From Macrostomum hystrix (taxonomy: Eukaryota; Animalia; Platyhelminthes): a stretch of DNA of 64,000 nt. The notes beneath the pieces are model-generated. The model did not search any database and was not told the origin of the DNA. It saw only the letters and a program-made list of their open reading frames with translations. Each line of letters begins with the position of its first letter. Positions within the stretch are counted from its first letter, which is position 1. Of this stretch, positions 46,423-60,179 are shown one piece after another. A program made the translations under genes and the position numbers. The stretch is from positions 3,844,001-3,908,000 of the forward strand of contig CATNEN010000001.1 in NCBI GenBank assembly GCA_950097015.1, read 5' to 3'.

Positions 46423-48346
46423 ATGTTGCGCCTTGGTAAGCTAAGAAGTTTTCTTTATTTTTAGCTCCTTTATTTAATTGCTTTTCGTTCTTTATCCTCT
46501 TCGTTGAATTTTTAGTGCTGCTTGTGCTGACTGCTGCGCTGGCTCAAGCCTCAGTGTCCATCACCAGCTCCAGCTTGGACGGGCCGCATCCGTCCACCAT
46601 GGAACTCGAAGTTCAACTGCCGAAAACCAACAAGAAAGTCCGCATTCCGCTGACTAAGACCGAGGCGTTCGAGAATGTGCCAATGACAGTTGCCGAAAAT
46701 GGCATCGAGAGGACGTTTTCGGCGCGCCAACTTCATCACGCCAACCACGCTCACTACAGGGACATCGACACCAAGTCAGTGATCAGCGTCCGAGATCTGA
46801 ACGGTCAGAAGCGCATCAGCGGTCACGTGATGCACGAAGGAGTCTCGTACTTCCTGGAGCCTACGGGCAAATCTGAGCATCGAGTCAAAAAGAACATGGC
46901 CAAGCCGGATGGCATTGAATCGCAGATTGACAAGAAAATATTGCGAGCTGTGAGCCGCAAGAAGCGACAGTCAAATCAAGGAACCACGGAGTACGAGGTT
47001 GAGATAAGGCTGCTTGCTGATCACACTGTGTGGAACACTTTCAAGACAATCTATGGCTCCGATGACACAGCCATGACGGAGATTCTCTACTATTACACGC
47101 ACATTTTGAACGGCATGGACACGGCCTTCAGAAACATCGGCTCGCCATCGATAAGTGTCAAGTGCATCGGCTTCACCGTGGCCAAGAACCAGACAGACGC
47201 ACCCTGGATGCCTCCAGCTGGTTCTGCTGACAGTGAGTGTTGGATACTTAAACTCAAGCTTGCAGTCTTTACATTCAGTATAAAGGAAAAAAGTTTCTCA
47301 TTGTCAATTGGTGAGTGAGAGCACGCTTAGATTCGACTTTTTTTCCGCATTTCAGCCAACAATGCCGGCGCTATCCTGGGCTACATAAGGACCTATTCGA
47401 AGGACAAGGGAGCCGATCACGTGATGGCATTCACGCGCACCGACATCCAGAGTCATGGCAGGTTCGACATCAGCGGCATGACCTACTTAAGCGGCGCTTG
47501 CAAGGAGACGCGCCAGAGCATCATCGAGGACCAGGGCCTCCACAGCTGGGGCATAGCTTCGCACGAGCTGGCCCACAATTTGGGCTCCCATCATGACAAC
47601 AACGAAGATCAGTGCAAGATGGGTTTGAAGTATCTCGTGACACCGTGGGCTAACCGTTATAATCTCAGAGATGTAATGAACTCCTATCGGTTCTCACCCT
47701 GCACCGTGAGGTACATCCAGAACTTCATCAACACTGGTAATAAAATATTAATATACTTGTCAATTTCATACCTACCTTCGTATTGCACGGTCTAAGATAA
47801 AATATTTGCAGGATGGTTGTGGGCACTCCGTGGCTGCGCCCCAAATAAAGATGGCTTCGCCCCGGATTTAAGCTCAGGAACCTTGGAGAGAGAGTCAAAC
47901 TTGTCAACAGCTCTGCCACTCATTCCAAAAAGTAGTTAAGGCAGTGTTCTATATGGAACTTTCCAGGAAATGCCAACTGTCTGAGGAGCCGTCAGAGCGT
48001 ATCGGACACCTCCATGACTGCGGTGGTTCGAGAGGGCAGTCGCATGACTCTCGACCAGGTGTGCCGACTGGCTTTTTCGAGCAGCCCTGGCAAGTTTTTC
48101 CTCACTGACAATGCCTATAAAAATCCGGCAGAAATCTGCGCCGAGATCTTCTGCATACCGAAAGCTGGATCCTCCTACGGTATCACGTCAGGTGGTCTTC
48201 GCGCTCCGATCGGCTCGCCTTGCGGCAACAAGAAGAGCTGCAACTGGAACGGAGAGTGCGCGGCCGACGATGCGGCCCCGGCCGTCGACGAGGCCTGCTT
48301 CTGGGGCGACTCTAGGGGCAATAGCAATGCCTGCACCTCGCAATAA
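46423..48346 (+). CDS. Reprolysin M12B metalloprotease, copy 2 (C-terminally shortened); exons 46423-46435, 46516-47232, 47356-47736, 47967-48346
   Basis: Same exon structure as copy 1; HELAHNLGSHHD; Met-turn reads YLVT; ends FWGDSRGNSNACTSQ*. Confidence 0.87.
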
Positions 48347-48507
48347 TATAACAAGATTAATGAACATTGTTGTTCTATGAAATAAATAATGTTTTCAAAC
48401 TACATGGGGAAAAAATAATTAGCGATCGTACAATGGTGACTTTTTTTCGACTTATGAGTTACTGAATGAAAATGACTGAGCGGTGTGGCAATCGGAAAAA
48501 ATGTCAA

Positions 48508-48703
48508 GGAATATCATTTAGTCACACTAGACTCTCAGCCAGCGAAGAGGCAATTCTGCCCATTTCGCTGACTCCTGAGCACACAACAGATGCTGTACGA
48601 AGGCACACGCTCACACAGACACAGGTGCTTACTTCTGCCCTGAATTTTCATCATCAGGCAATTTACACTCTCTCTGTGACTTGGAGGTTGGCCCTCAAGG
48701 GGC
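48508..48703 (-). mobile_element. SINE family A, 3' half
   Basis: Matches 31216-31310 plus 32172-32283. Confidence 0.7.
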
Positions 48704-50253
48704 ATTCACCTCGCCGATCGACCTAATTTGGGGTTAAATTGACTATAAAAGAAAGCGCGTGTTTTTGCAGTTTTTTGTCTCCGTAATTCGCCTCACACTG
48801 TGAGAAGCACGTGCAAGCTAGTCCACTTTGTTTTGTCTCGCCCCGCCCGACCACGCTCCGCTTGTTCAGTTAGCTCGTAGGTACTCGTAGCTTTCGGCGC
48901 TACGCGTCTTGAGAGTGCGCCGCTGACATGGGTGGTCTAGATAGGCGCTTGTTGTCGAAGTCAGTACGTGCTCCCTTCGGAGACTCGACCATCAGGCAGA
49001 AGGAGTGCCAACCGATAGGATCTGTCGGGGCAGCACTTAAAGCTGCGACAAATTAACCGGAGCCTCTCGGGAAGAGAAGGGCGCGGATTAGGCCAGTTAA
49101 GTAAATTTTTTATATTAAATTTCCCCGGACCAAATTTTGCTTTTCGCTACATTTTTTGTCGCCTGAATGTCCTCATACCTATTCCTTATATCCTCAATTC
49201 CTATTCTTATCTGGAGTCGGCGAGTCTAGAAATAGATTAAATCTCTCCCCATTCAAATTCTTCGAGTCTTCGTGTTCATACTGTGTTATTATTTTTTCAT
49301 TGGGAGTTTCGCCGAGGCGGAGGACGACCCTCGGGTCTCATCGCAATCTATTCTGCTTCGCTCGCTACCCCAGTCTCTTAATGCTGTTTATTTTCAGATT
49401 TCCCCTGCTGCTATTGAAACGATTGGTAGAACACCGACCCCGGTGAATAGTGAATAGTCGCTAGCTTTAAATTCCTCACACTCCAGCTAGGATATTCGTT
49501 GTATTAAATATATAGCTTGTCATGGTCTACAGATTTTTCATTAAAAAATTCGAAAAAATTATCGTAAAACTTAATTCGACAGTGATTGTAAAATTGAGTT
49601 AGTCACGAAATAGCTTTTGACTGGCTATTGTGCTTCATGATGCGATGCTTCATGCTTCATGAATGCTTTTTGCACTCGTCTATGAGAGATAGCACACCAC
49701 AAATGTAAAAAAATTGAATCCATTGTCTAGCAAGTAAACAATCTTTTTTTAGTTTTTTTGCAAGACAACTGCTTTGCCTTCTAGCTTTGCCTTCTGCTAT
49801 GGACTATTCTGAAATAATTACGAGGGGTGTCCAAAAATTCTTAGGACTTTTTCACATAGCTCTTCTTTTAAACAGCTAGCAAGAGTAACAACAACAAATT
49901 TATTTTATAGCGGCTTTATTTGCAAATGACACAGTTAAAGCATTTTGAAAATATCACGAACTGTTCAAAAACTCCGCAAAAGTGTAAATGTCCGTACACC
50001 TTTCCAATTAGAAAACTTGCAGTGAAAAGCTGAGTTTTCGGTGTATTGTCACCCAGCAATCCGCGAGTCCACAGCGAGTCATCGTCCAAAGCCGTGATAT
50101 GGCAGCCGCTTACTCCCATTGATATTGCCATCCTTTACGGTCTCGCGCATAGCAGCATCCAATGCGCGTCGCGTCGCGGTGAACTCTGCATCTATCCAAA
50201 TCGAGAATGTCCGCTTGAGGGTGTATACATGTGTAGTGTTTTATAGTGTTGAA

Positions 50254-50900
50254 TCAGCTGACCAGATCTTTAAGAGTGCCAGGCGGGAACTGATCACCGT
50301 TTTCCTTGCAGACTTTAAAAACGAAGAATTGGAGCAGGTGATTTATATCACTCTTTGACAGATCTTCAATAGGTTTGATCACCATAAGCCCCGTTTGATT
50401 GTGAGTTAGTTGATTTTGCGGACGTCTCTCTTTCCAGGTAGAAACCGGTAGACTTTCATCAATTCTTTTTTGCAGGTCCGATTCGTTCAGCAACTCAGCA
50501 ACTCTCAGCGAAGGCTGCAAGGAATTTCAGCGGAATTCAAAGGACCAAGGGACGCCCATAAGGCATCAAAGTTGAAGTCCTGCAGTGTCAGGATGGAATG
50601 GGCGTGACTTCTTCTTACGACCAAAGATGGCCGGTGCTGCGGACAGCGTTTTGTAATACAAGACTCCTCTGGGTGTCAACACGCTTGGACCAATGTTGAA
50701 GACTATCTCAACCAACGCCGGATTGTCAAAGGTTTACACGCCTCACAGTATTCGTGCAACTGTGGTGACGGAGCTTCACGAAGGTGGCTTCAACCTAGAG
50801 AGTATCGCAAAAGTCACCGGCCACAAAAATGTCGCGTCAGTGCAGCGCTACATCCGCCGCGGTAGAAAGCGAGACTCCGAAATCACAAAGATGAGTGGCC
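50254..50900. pseudogene. Crypton-type tyrosine recombinase remnant with an internal inversion
   Basis: Plus strand YTPHSIRAT...IAKVTGHKNVASVQRY (HxxR/H/Y); minus strand INHLLQFFVFKVCKENGDQFPPGTL (upstream DUF3504-like block). Confidence 0.75.
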
Positions 50901-51059
50901 ACTTGACAACAGCTCTGAGCCCTGGTATCGAAGGGCAATCCGAGGTCGCAACGGCGTTAGGTAGCTCTAGTGTATCGGTGTCGGATTCTGCACAAGCCAA
51001 CTGTGTCACGTCGGAGTATGTTTGCCGCGGGTCCAAGAGTTTGAAGATTCGGGCACATG

Positions 51060-52500
51060 GCGACCAGCCATCGATTTGCTATTGGTGCCAACATCTGCTC
51101 GGCCAAGCGTCAGACAATCATAACAAAACTGCTCGAACATTGCTCGCAATAATGTTGAAGCCATTGTTCGGCGGTAAGCCATTTGTTCTAAGGCTGATAC
51201 CGATTTTTCTTCTTTCCGCCGACTTTTTTTACCACCAGCTTCGAAAGTGCATTCAAATTATCAATCAACATGGAGGCTACAGCGCTTCAGGTTTGATGCC
51301 TCACCCCACTTTTAGTGTGTTATTACAGAGGCCTCGTGTGTGACAACCATCCCACAAAGAGAAAGTGCTTCTCGATGTTTCCTGCTCAACAGACAAAACC
51401 TTGGATCGGCAGATCTGAATCCCAGGATTCTACTTTCTTTTTGCTCCATGATGTTGTGCACCTTTTGAAGTCAATTCGGAACAATTGGCAGTCTGAGTCT
51501 GATGGAATGCTAACAATACGTTTGCCCGAATCTACAACAGTCGTCACGGCTAGGTGGTCAGACATTGTAGAGCTGTATAAATCTGAAGCGTATCACATTG
51601 TTAAGCGTACAGGCATTACATTCGAAGTGTGTTTCCCAACAAATGTCCAAAGTACTAAAGTCAATTTAGCTCTTCAAGTTTTCTTCGACAACGTTGTTGT
51701 CGCTAAAATGCGACGGGAACAATGTAACCGCTGCATCCATTGACGTTATTTCAAAATTCTGGAAAATTATGAACTGCAAGAACCCGCGCATCTTCATGTT
51801 AGACTTAATGACCCAGACAGGCGGGCTGTCTATTCAGTTCAAGATTCAAACATCAAGTTCCTGCGCGCGCATTGCGAATCGATTGAGGAGATAAACAGTG
51901 GAAAGGGAAGAACAAGACACCAATCTCTGACGTCAGAGACGAAGAGGTCATTCGCTTAAACTATTCATTAAATCATAGAACTATGCGAACGACTGCTCTG
52001 CGAATCTGGTGCAGCGTAAATTCTCATAGCGGAGTTGCAAAGTGATCCTCTGGAAGCAGAATTTGGTGTTTATCGCCAAATGAGCGGATGCAATTACTTT
52101 ATTTCAGTAGAGCAAGTTCTTCTCAGCGCGCGACTCCGACGAATGAAACTTTACACAGTGTTAGAGCTGGGTGGATTCGTGCACAACAAAGGACTTTGCT
52201 GCGACACGCCCCTTTCAGACGAAGAACTTTCAACGCTCGATGACTGCTACGTCAAAGCTGAGAGCCTGTTCAATTTTGCTTGCCTCTGTTTCGGATGCTT
52301 CCTTTCGCTGCGATCACCGTCATGTGCTTTGCGAGTGCGGATATTGTTTGCTGGCGTTGGCGAGTTTTACTTACCTGAAGCAGATGTTCTGGTGTGCGGC
52401 GTGCGCCTCACCAACTGTTTCTTCAAGGGTTATGTTCAACGAGGAACAAAGAGCGCTCCTTCGCCTGATAAAGAGCGCGATAGAAATATACTGAAGCTGA
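51060..52500 (+). pseudogene. P-element/THAP9-like transposase remnant
   Basis: VCDNHP, HDVVHLLKSIRNNW, ARWSDI.ELY, KVNLALQVF, QSDPLE.EFGVYRQMSG.NY; several frameshifts and stops. Confidence 0.8.
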
Positions 52501-53009
52501 GTGGACAGTGCGCGAACCTGGAGCAAACACTTCTCTATTTATCATAGTCAGCTCTTGTCCCGTTCCGTGACTGTTATTTTCCTCACTGTTTTTAGTTCAG
52601 ATGAAGAAAGAATCGTACATTTTTTTCGAGCTTCCTCATACATGTGCTGCATGTACAGCTTTCCCATTGTGTATTTTCACGATGTTTACTTTATGAAATA
52701 AAACTATTCAACATTAAAGAAAACCGACCCTGCAGCCGCCTTCTGACTGCCTATCAAAAAGTCAAATATGATACGAGTATACGAGTATACGAATGGGCCT
52801 CATACCTTTTTCGCCATGAATTGGCTCGTTTCCTGTCCTTAGTTATCAAGTTGTCCTTGCTTGCACTTGCATCAAATAAGAATGCAGGTTCTGTGGTCTA
52901 ACTAACTAGGTTTGGAATCCTAAGACTTTAAGCCTGAGGGAAGAGCGTTTAATAAACTGCTTAGCTCGATTAATTATAGTATATGGCCATAGGAGAGTGC
53001 TGCAGCTTG

Positions 53010-53945
53010 GAATTCTCCACTCACAACTGCTGCCCTGGTCTCCTGGTACAGGGCCATCACAGCCGTTACCAGCTGGTCAGGCACATGGTACGCGCGCAGG
53101 ATCATCGGGATGACCCATCTCGACACCGAGTCGAAGGCCTTTAGAAAGTCCACGAAGATGCAGATGACCGTCGACTGGTGGATGCGGGTCTTCTAAAATG
53201 CGGCGCAAAGCGAGAATCTGGTTCACCGTGCCCCTACCTGGCCGGAAGCCGTTTCGCTCTCGCTGGAGGAACGGGTCCAACACAGGTGGCAGCCGCGTCA
53301 GCAGTACCCTGTTGTACAGCTTCGCGGCGCAGGACATTAGAGATATTCCGCGATGCTCTTCAACCTTGATAGTACCGGGCTTCTTCGGGATCCCGACGAT
53401 GTGCGCCGTCCGCCATTCAGCGGGGGCGGGACCTCCAGCCAGCACGCAGTTCATCACTTGCGTGACTACTTGCGTCACCAGCGGGAGGCGCAACACTTCG
53501 ACAGGCACGTCGTCAGGTCCGGTGGCTTTGCCGCCCGGTGTCTTCTTAGCGAGCAGATCAAGCACCTCGTCAATGGTGATAGGACTGGTGTTGAAAGAGC
53601 TTTCTTCTGGCAGTGCGACCTCCGCGGGCAGAGACATGTCGTCTCTTGGCGGCGGCGGAGACGCGTTAACGATACCAGAGTAAAAGGCTTTCAGTTCGTT
53701 TCGCCTCTCTTCGGGTGTGTCCCCAGACTGGTTCAGCGTACTGCGCCGTTTACGACCTGTCAATTGGTTTACAACAGACCAAACGGCACAGGGCTTTTTT
53801 TCGGGGCCAGCATCAGTAATTTCTTGGATTGCGGCCTCAACAGCGGCGCGTTGCCGGGCCTTAAAAACCTCTGCTAAGGCCATCTCAGCTTCCTCTGCTG
53901 GCTGTCCGCTCCTCCGCAGTCTTTCCACAGTTTACTGGGCCTGTC
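53010..53945 (-). mobile_element. RTE-like LINE RT fragment
   Basis: KATGPDDVPVE, HRGISLMSCAAKLYNRVLL.RL, NGFRPGRGT..QI.ALRRILE, then a frameshifted FVDF.KAFDSV. Confidence 0.85.
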
Positions 53946-55895
53946 ACAGTATCGCTATAGATACAAACATTTACGAGCAAATTTTATAGCAGCACACAAG
54001 GACATACAAACAATGGGAACGTGAACGTGCAGTAGTACTAGTAGTTCTAGAATGTCCTGTGTTTTTACAGCTGCCAATCATTTTGTTGAAAAAGGCTTCA
54101 ATGAAGAATCGAATTACTTTGGCCAGTTGATGTGTTAAAAGCTGAACTGTCTGTCTCAGTAACAGAACCCATCATATTGCTTACAATTGTCATTTAAGTA
54201 TTTAAATAGGCTTCTATTAAGTAGTTCGGGCCTATGCTGCAGAACGATTCTGCTGCCACTCGATATTCAGGTCGGTGATCGTTAGCTAAACCCTCTACGA
54301 GTTGCGGCGGGCAGTTGTACGCATACGAAGTGCAATTAAATGTGCATATTTCGCGCAATGTCGGCGCGACTCTGTTAGCTTGTTAAACTACTTGCATTTT
54401 AATGCACTCTTAGTATGCAACAAAACACAGTCTTGACTTTTCAATAGTGTGCAACACTACTCAGTTTGTAGCTTAAAAACAGAAATTATTTTAAACGAAA
54501 AACTTAAACTGATCAATAACGCAAGTATTATTGATTTATAGGTTCTTATATATATATATTTAGGACGACAAACAATGGCAGCTCTTGCAGCAATAGGAGA
54601 TATATTAATTATTTAATAAAACAAAATCCATATCCATAAATAGACGAGTATATGCAAACAAAAAATATTGGCGAATTAAAAATAATAAAGAAATACATGT
54701 CTGAGTTCATGCAGTACAAGCAGAAATAGCAAGAAGAATTAACTAAATACAAAAGTACACATACATAAAAAAACATCCTATAACTTTAAAAATACATAGG
54801 CTAAAACCAAGCATGATAGCGGTTAGTTCACGGACCTACTTCAACGTAGCTCGTAGCCAAGATGGCAACCCGATTGTTACCATCCCAATGACGATTGCGT
54901 CGTCGTAATCTTCTTGCAGACCAACAAGATAGCACTAAATTAGGTTTTCTTCAATACTTAAACCGCTAAATACCTGCGCAAAAATACATTAAAGTAGACC
55001 TATTGAAATACGTCACTACATCTGCCAAGCTCTTAAGAGGTCGTAGACATTGTAAAGTTTGCCACCACTTAGCCAGAATGCTTGTTAGCTGAACTTTGTC
55101 ATGAAGGCACGACAGCACGTGTAGCAATGAAACCTGCAAGCATGACTGACCTTGTGAGGTTAGTAAAAGAGCATAGTGGTACACGATCTTATAGGCAAGC
55201 AGCCGGGCGAAATTGAAGTTAGTTTGAAATAGAGGTTGAAAACCAATAATGTGCTCACTATAGTTGCGCGATCTTTCGGTTTCCCGCGGTAAACTATTTT
55301 AATTTGAATTGGTGCCATATCTGTTCTTGTACAGCTTGTAAAATTTTATGCCCCCTAAAGGATCTAGGTATATACCTTACATTGAAACTTTCTTAAAGTA
55401 TAGAAACGTATGAAATATAATATTTAAAGATGCAATCATGCAAATTTGGAGCCTAAAACTGCAGAATATTAGATTTGGCGCTAATTCAAATAAAAATGAT
55501 TTACCTACTTAAGGTAACCGAAAGATCCTTCTAAGTTCCATCATACATTCAATTCTTTACTTTGGTTTGTAGCATGGTTAGTTAAAATTATGAAATATAC
55601 GAATTATTTTTCGATGACGTAACTGCCCTCCATGCAGGCTCCAAAATTAAGTCACATAACCAGCTGACATTTTGGAGTAGTTTTTCTGAAACAAACTGGT
55701 AGTCTGGACTCTAGTATAAATATAATAAAGGCCTAGAATAATAGTCAAAGCTAGGCCTATCTATCAGTTAAGAAATATAATGAACATATGTGGGAGGCCT
55801 CTTTCTCTATTCTAAAATCTCTGTCTAAAATATATATGTATATGTATATGCATATGTATTGTATTCACTTTTGCCAAATCAATGTGATTTATGGC

Positions 55896-56386
55896 AGTTG
55901 TTATTTGTCTGGTTAACCAGTTAACCAGACAAATAGCCATTTGATTATTCGTCCGGTTAGTGATTTTATTGTTAATTTTAGATTTCATACTAAATTTCTG
56001 CATTAGAAGGAAGGCACCAAACTATTCATGTCGGAAGAGATCTTCCATTTAAGCCAAATTGTTTGTATCTACTAATGTCTGTTTGATTTGTAATTTTATC
56101 CAACTAAAGAGTATCCTAAGTTCCTTTGAAGCATGAAGTTGTAGCGACTCATTTGAATACTTCTACAAAGTGAACTGGGTCACCAGCAAAGGACAATAGG
56201 CCCTACCCAGATCAACAGCGAGGACCACAATTTCAACTCCTTAATAGGCTTTCCTCTTGAGTGATTAACTAAGTTATAATGGGTTGTAGCGCTACCAGGA
56301 GAACCTCTATCATTTGTAAGATAAAATAATTAACCAGACAAATAATCAAACGGCTATTTGTCCAGTTAACCGGACAAATAACAACT
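55896..56386. mobile_element. MITE-like element with ~60-bp imperfect TIRs
   Basis: AGTTGTTATTTGTC(T/C)GGTTAAC... at both ends in inverted orientation; no TSD seen. Confidence 0.55.
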
Positions 56387-58113
56387 AGGCCTACCATGAT
56401 TTATATGTACTTGTGCAAATTGCCTGAAACAAATCTCTAGGTAGGGGCCTAGGGTATATTGACTGTCCGAGTGGCAAGACACTCCAATTATTATCCTCTA
56501 ACCATTGGCAATCTATTCAGTCCTTTAAGGCTCCCAATGGACATAAATTGCCTAGTCTCCATGCACCAACATGTATGCATACATGCATACTGGGGTTGGG
56601 TGGGGTCCTGAGATTGTGACTGGTGGAGAGAAATTCAACTAATCCAGGCCTCGACAAGTTCGGACTCCAGCTATTTTGGCTTGAGGAAGGGTAAATTCTA
56701 GCCGAACAGTGTTACACTGGGTCTCTGCATCCTATTCTGCTTTCTGATTCAATTCATTGCACTTGCACTGGTTTGGACCTGGTCCAGCTGTCTAGTCCAG
56801 TCTATGAGGACCATGACTCAAGTGAGTTGAGTGACAAGTAACTCACTAAAATGGAACTGGAACCCCTAAGGCTCATGCAATAACCCTCAAGACTGGAATG
56901 AATCACCAGAATTTGCCTGAAGTTTTGTACTTGCTACACTATCTCTAATTTCCTAACATGGATTAAAAAACAATTAATTCATTTCTTTCAAAGAAACTGA
57001 ATGCCAAAAAAATTTGAGACATCAAATTTTGGGGGTATCAGCCAATATACCAATACCCCCTTATATATGCCACTGCTATTGTTCCATTTTTAGGTTGAAC
57101 TACGTAAGATATTATTTGTGAGGTGGCTGTTCAAATAGCAAAATGACTAGGCCTATTCATATGGTGCCCAGCTCATACGAATGGCAAAATTGTTATTCAT
57201 ATGGTGTATTTACATTAAACAAAATAATTATTCATGTGATGACAATGATAAATGTCAAAATCTATCATTCAGTATTGTACAACCATAGTTGTCATGTTAT
57301 TGTTAGGCCGAACTGTTCTTGTGAGACTTACATTTTTACTTTACAGGGTAATTAATTGATATTATTTTTTTTGCCACCACTCCTATTCCTACAGTCACCA
57401 TGTAATAATAACTAAAAGTCTTGTTTTATAGTGGTAATGATGTTAGATAAAGATGTTCATTTAAAACCATACAAACAAAAAAACATATATTCACATGATG
57501 AAAATGATAAAAAGCTGAAATATAGTTATGTCCTAATAATTCTTATTGGAATTTGCTGCTTGAAGTCATTGAAATTCAGGTTGTGGGGATGAGGGCAGAA
57601 ATAATTAAAATTATTATACTTCCTAATTTTTAGCTGCTTCTCAGCTTAGCTAAATCATATTTTTAACCCATATATACAAATGTTTAAAAGTCAAATGATT
57701 TTTATATTTATATGCAAAAATTGTTGAATAAAAACTTATTTAACAATGGTCACGACATAAATAACAATATATACATATTTAGTCTAATTAAAAATATGTT
57801 TGCTTGAAAACACTAGAACCTTTTTGATAAGATGTTTTTAATTTTAAAAATCCATTTTCAGTCTGATTTTGTGTTAAGTTTTAATGTGAATCTGGTTGTT
57901 TACAATTTGCCTATTTTCTATAAACAAAGTCAACTTGTTGGAACATCACTGGAATCCTATCTATAGACTAAGGGAGTCCCTTGATTACTTACACTAGTCC
58001 TTTTCTAGCTAAACAACAAGTTTATCAAGCTATTTAAATAGTTCAATTCTTTTTCCTTAAAAACATTCCACAGAAAGTGTTTATATTCATTTAGCACAAT
58101 ATGTCACTTTCAG

Positions 58114-59871
58114 GCTGACCGCAGTGCTAGTTGCAGTGCTAGCAGTGGCAGTGACGCTAAAAGCAGGTCAAGGCCGCATCACAGCAGGAGAAGTCATAAT
58201 CAATCTCATCATTCTAATAGTGGCAAGCAAGGCAGTACAGAAAAATGCCGCAAATCTAGGTCTCGTTCAAGGTCTAGATCGCCCAGTCACCGATATAAGC
58301 ATCACCAGCAACGTCATCACAGTCACGACAATGTTAGCCACAGTCATTCGGCTCAAAAACCTTCTGGCACTGATGGATCGGCAGCTAATCGTTCCCAGAT
58401 ACCTGAGCCTACTCCTACTCAATCACAGCCAGCCATCAGTGTTTGCGGCCCTGATGCCAAAACCGCCGCCCTGGCTGCCGCTAAAGCTGCCGCCGCCGCC
58501 GCAGCCGCAGCCGCCACGGCGTCAATTATCGGCGATAAGCGGCAGCAGCTTTGGTCAAGAGCTGGTGAAAATCGACAACGAACTGCGCCTGTATGGGCTC
58601 AGCAGGCGGCCGCTGTGGATGGCGGCGGCGGTAGGGAAGAGAAATTTCGCAAGCTAATGGGATTGCCCACTGACACAGGATCGACGGCTAATGGTGAATG
58701 GAAATATCCAAAAAACAGTGCTATTCTCGCCTGATCCTCAAACTGCCATGCTATTCTCGCCTGATCCTCAAACTGCCATGCTATTCTCACCTGATCCTCA
58801 AACTGCCATGCTATTCTCACCTGATCCTCAAACTGCCATGCTATTCTCGCCTGATCCTCAAACTGCCATGCTATTCTCGCCTGATCCTCAAACTGCCATG
58901 CTATTCTCGCCTGATCCTCAAACTGCCATGCTATTCTCGCCTGATCCTCAAACTGCCATGCTATTCTCCTCAGATCCTCAAACTGCCATGCTATTCTCCT
59001 CAGATCCTCAAACTGCCATGCTATTCTCCTCAGATCCTCAAACTGCCATGCTATTCTCCTCAGATCCTCAAACTGCCATGCTATTCTACCCTGATCCTCA
59101 AACTGCCATGCTATTCTCCCCTGATCCTCAAACTGCCATGCTATTCTCCTCAGATCCTCAAACTGCCATGCTATTCTCCTCAGATCCTCAAACTGCCATG
59201 CTATTCTCCTCAGATCCTCAAACTGCCATGCTATTCTCCTCAGATCCTCAAACTGCCATGCTATTCTCCTCAGATCCTCAAACTGCCGTGCTATTCTCCC
59301 CTGATCCTCAAACTGCCATGCTATTCTCCCCTGATCCTCAAACTGCCATGCTATTCTCCTCAGATCCTCAAACTGCCATTCTATTCTCCTCAGATCCTCA
59401 AACTGCCATGCTATTCTCCCCTGATCCTCAAACTGCCATGCTATTCTCCTCAGATCCTCAAACTGCCATGCTATTCTCGCCTGATCCTCAAACTGCCATG
59501 CTATTCTCAGATCCTCAAACTGCCATGCTATTCTCCTCAGATCCTCAAACTGCCATGCTATTCTCCTCAGATCCTCAAACTGCCATGCTATTCTCCCCTT
59601 ACCCCTACTATCCTTCTTAGATTCCCAAACCAATATTTCTTTTTTGCCAGTTTCGACCCTTTATTGACACCTTTATTGTGTAGATTGTAATTTTTTATTT
59701 CTTCCAGAAGAAGAGGCTGTCAGAGAAGAGCTGCAGGCTAGACAGACAGATGGCGACGGTCAGACAGCAAAAAAGCAACAGGAAGCCATATTTAATAGAC
59801 TAGAAGAGGACTATTCTCACGCTAGAACTGCTCCGCGCGGCGTCGGTTTTGGTTATTCTTCTCATAGTTGA
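58114..59871 (+). CDS. RSRC2: RSRC2-like RS-rich SMAP-domain protein (last two exons, 58114-58693 and 59708-59871; 5' exon not located)
   Basis: RSRSRSRSPS, poly-Ala, KRQQLW...W...EKFRKLMG | KQQEAIFNRLEEDYSHAR..RGVGFG matches the SMAP-domain pattern; the phase-1 intron is consistent. Confidence 0.72.
58719..59600. repeat. 30-bp intronic minisatellite, ~29 copies
   Basis: CTATTCTCCTCAGATCCTCAAACTGCCATG. Confidence 0.97.
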
Positions 59872-60179
59872 TCCACAGTTATAAACTTGTTTTCCACTTA
59901 AGTTTCATAATTTATTCTGTTAACAATGTCAGTAGCTTTGTATGGAAGTTTATTATAAACTCGTATATATCATCTGCTCCTCTGTCATAACTGAATTATC
60001 ACCTGTTCCGAGATATTTTTTACCTATCATTTAACAAGTTTTTCTAAAATATAATCGTTTTACTTGTATAAGCTTTGCTTACTATTTAAGCCCAGTCACA
60101 ACGAGCTCGCATTATTCCTATTGTATTTTTTGCACTAACTTTTACCTTCTGTTATCCTTAGCAGAGCAGAGCAGAGAAT

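Noticed and set aside
58124-58657. 177-aa hydrophobic ORF in the ORF track
   Set aside because: Wrong frame; the overlapping frame encodes the RS/SMAP protein
58599-59690. 300+ aa repeat ORFs (IAWQFEDLRR etc.)
   Set aside because: 30-bp minisatellite inside the GT-AG intron of the RSRC2-like gene
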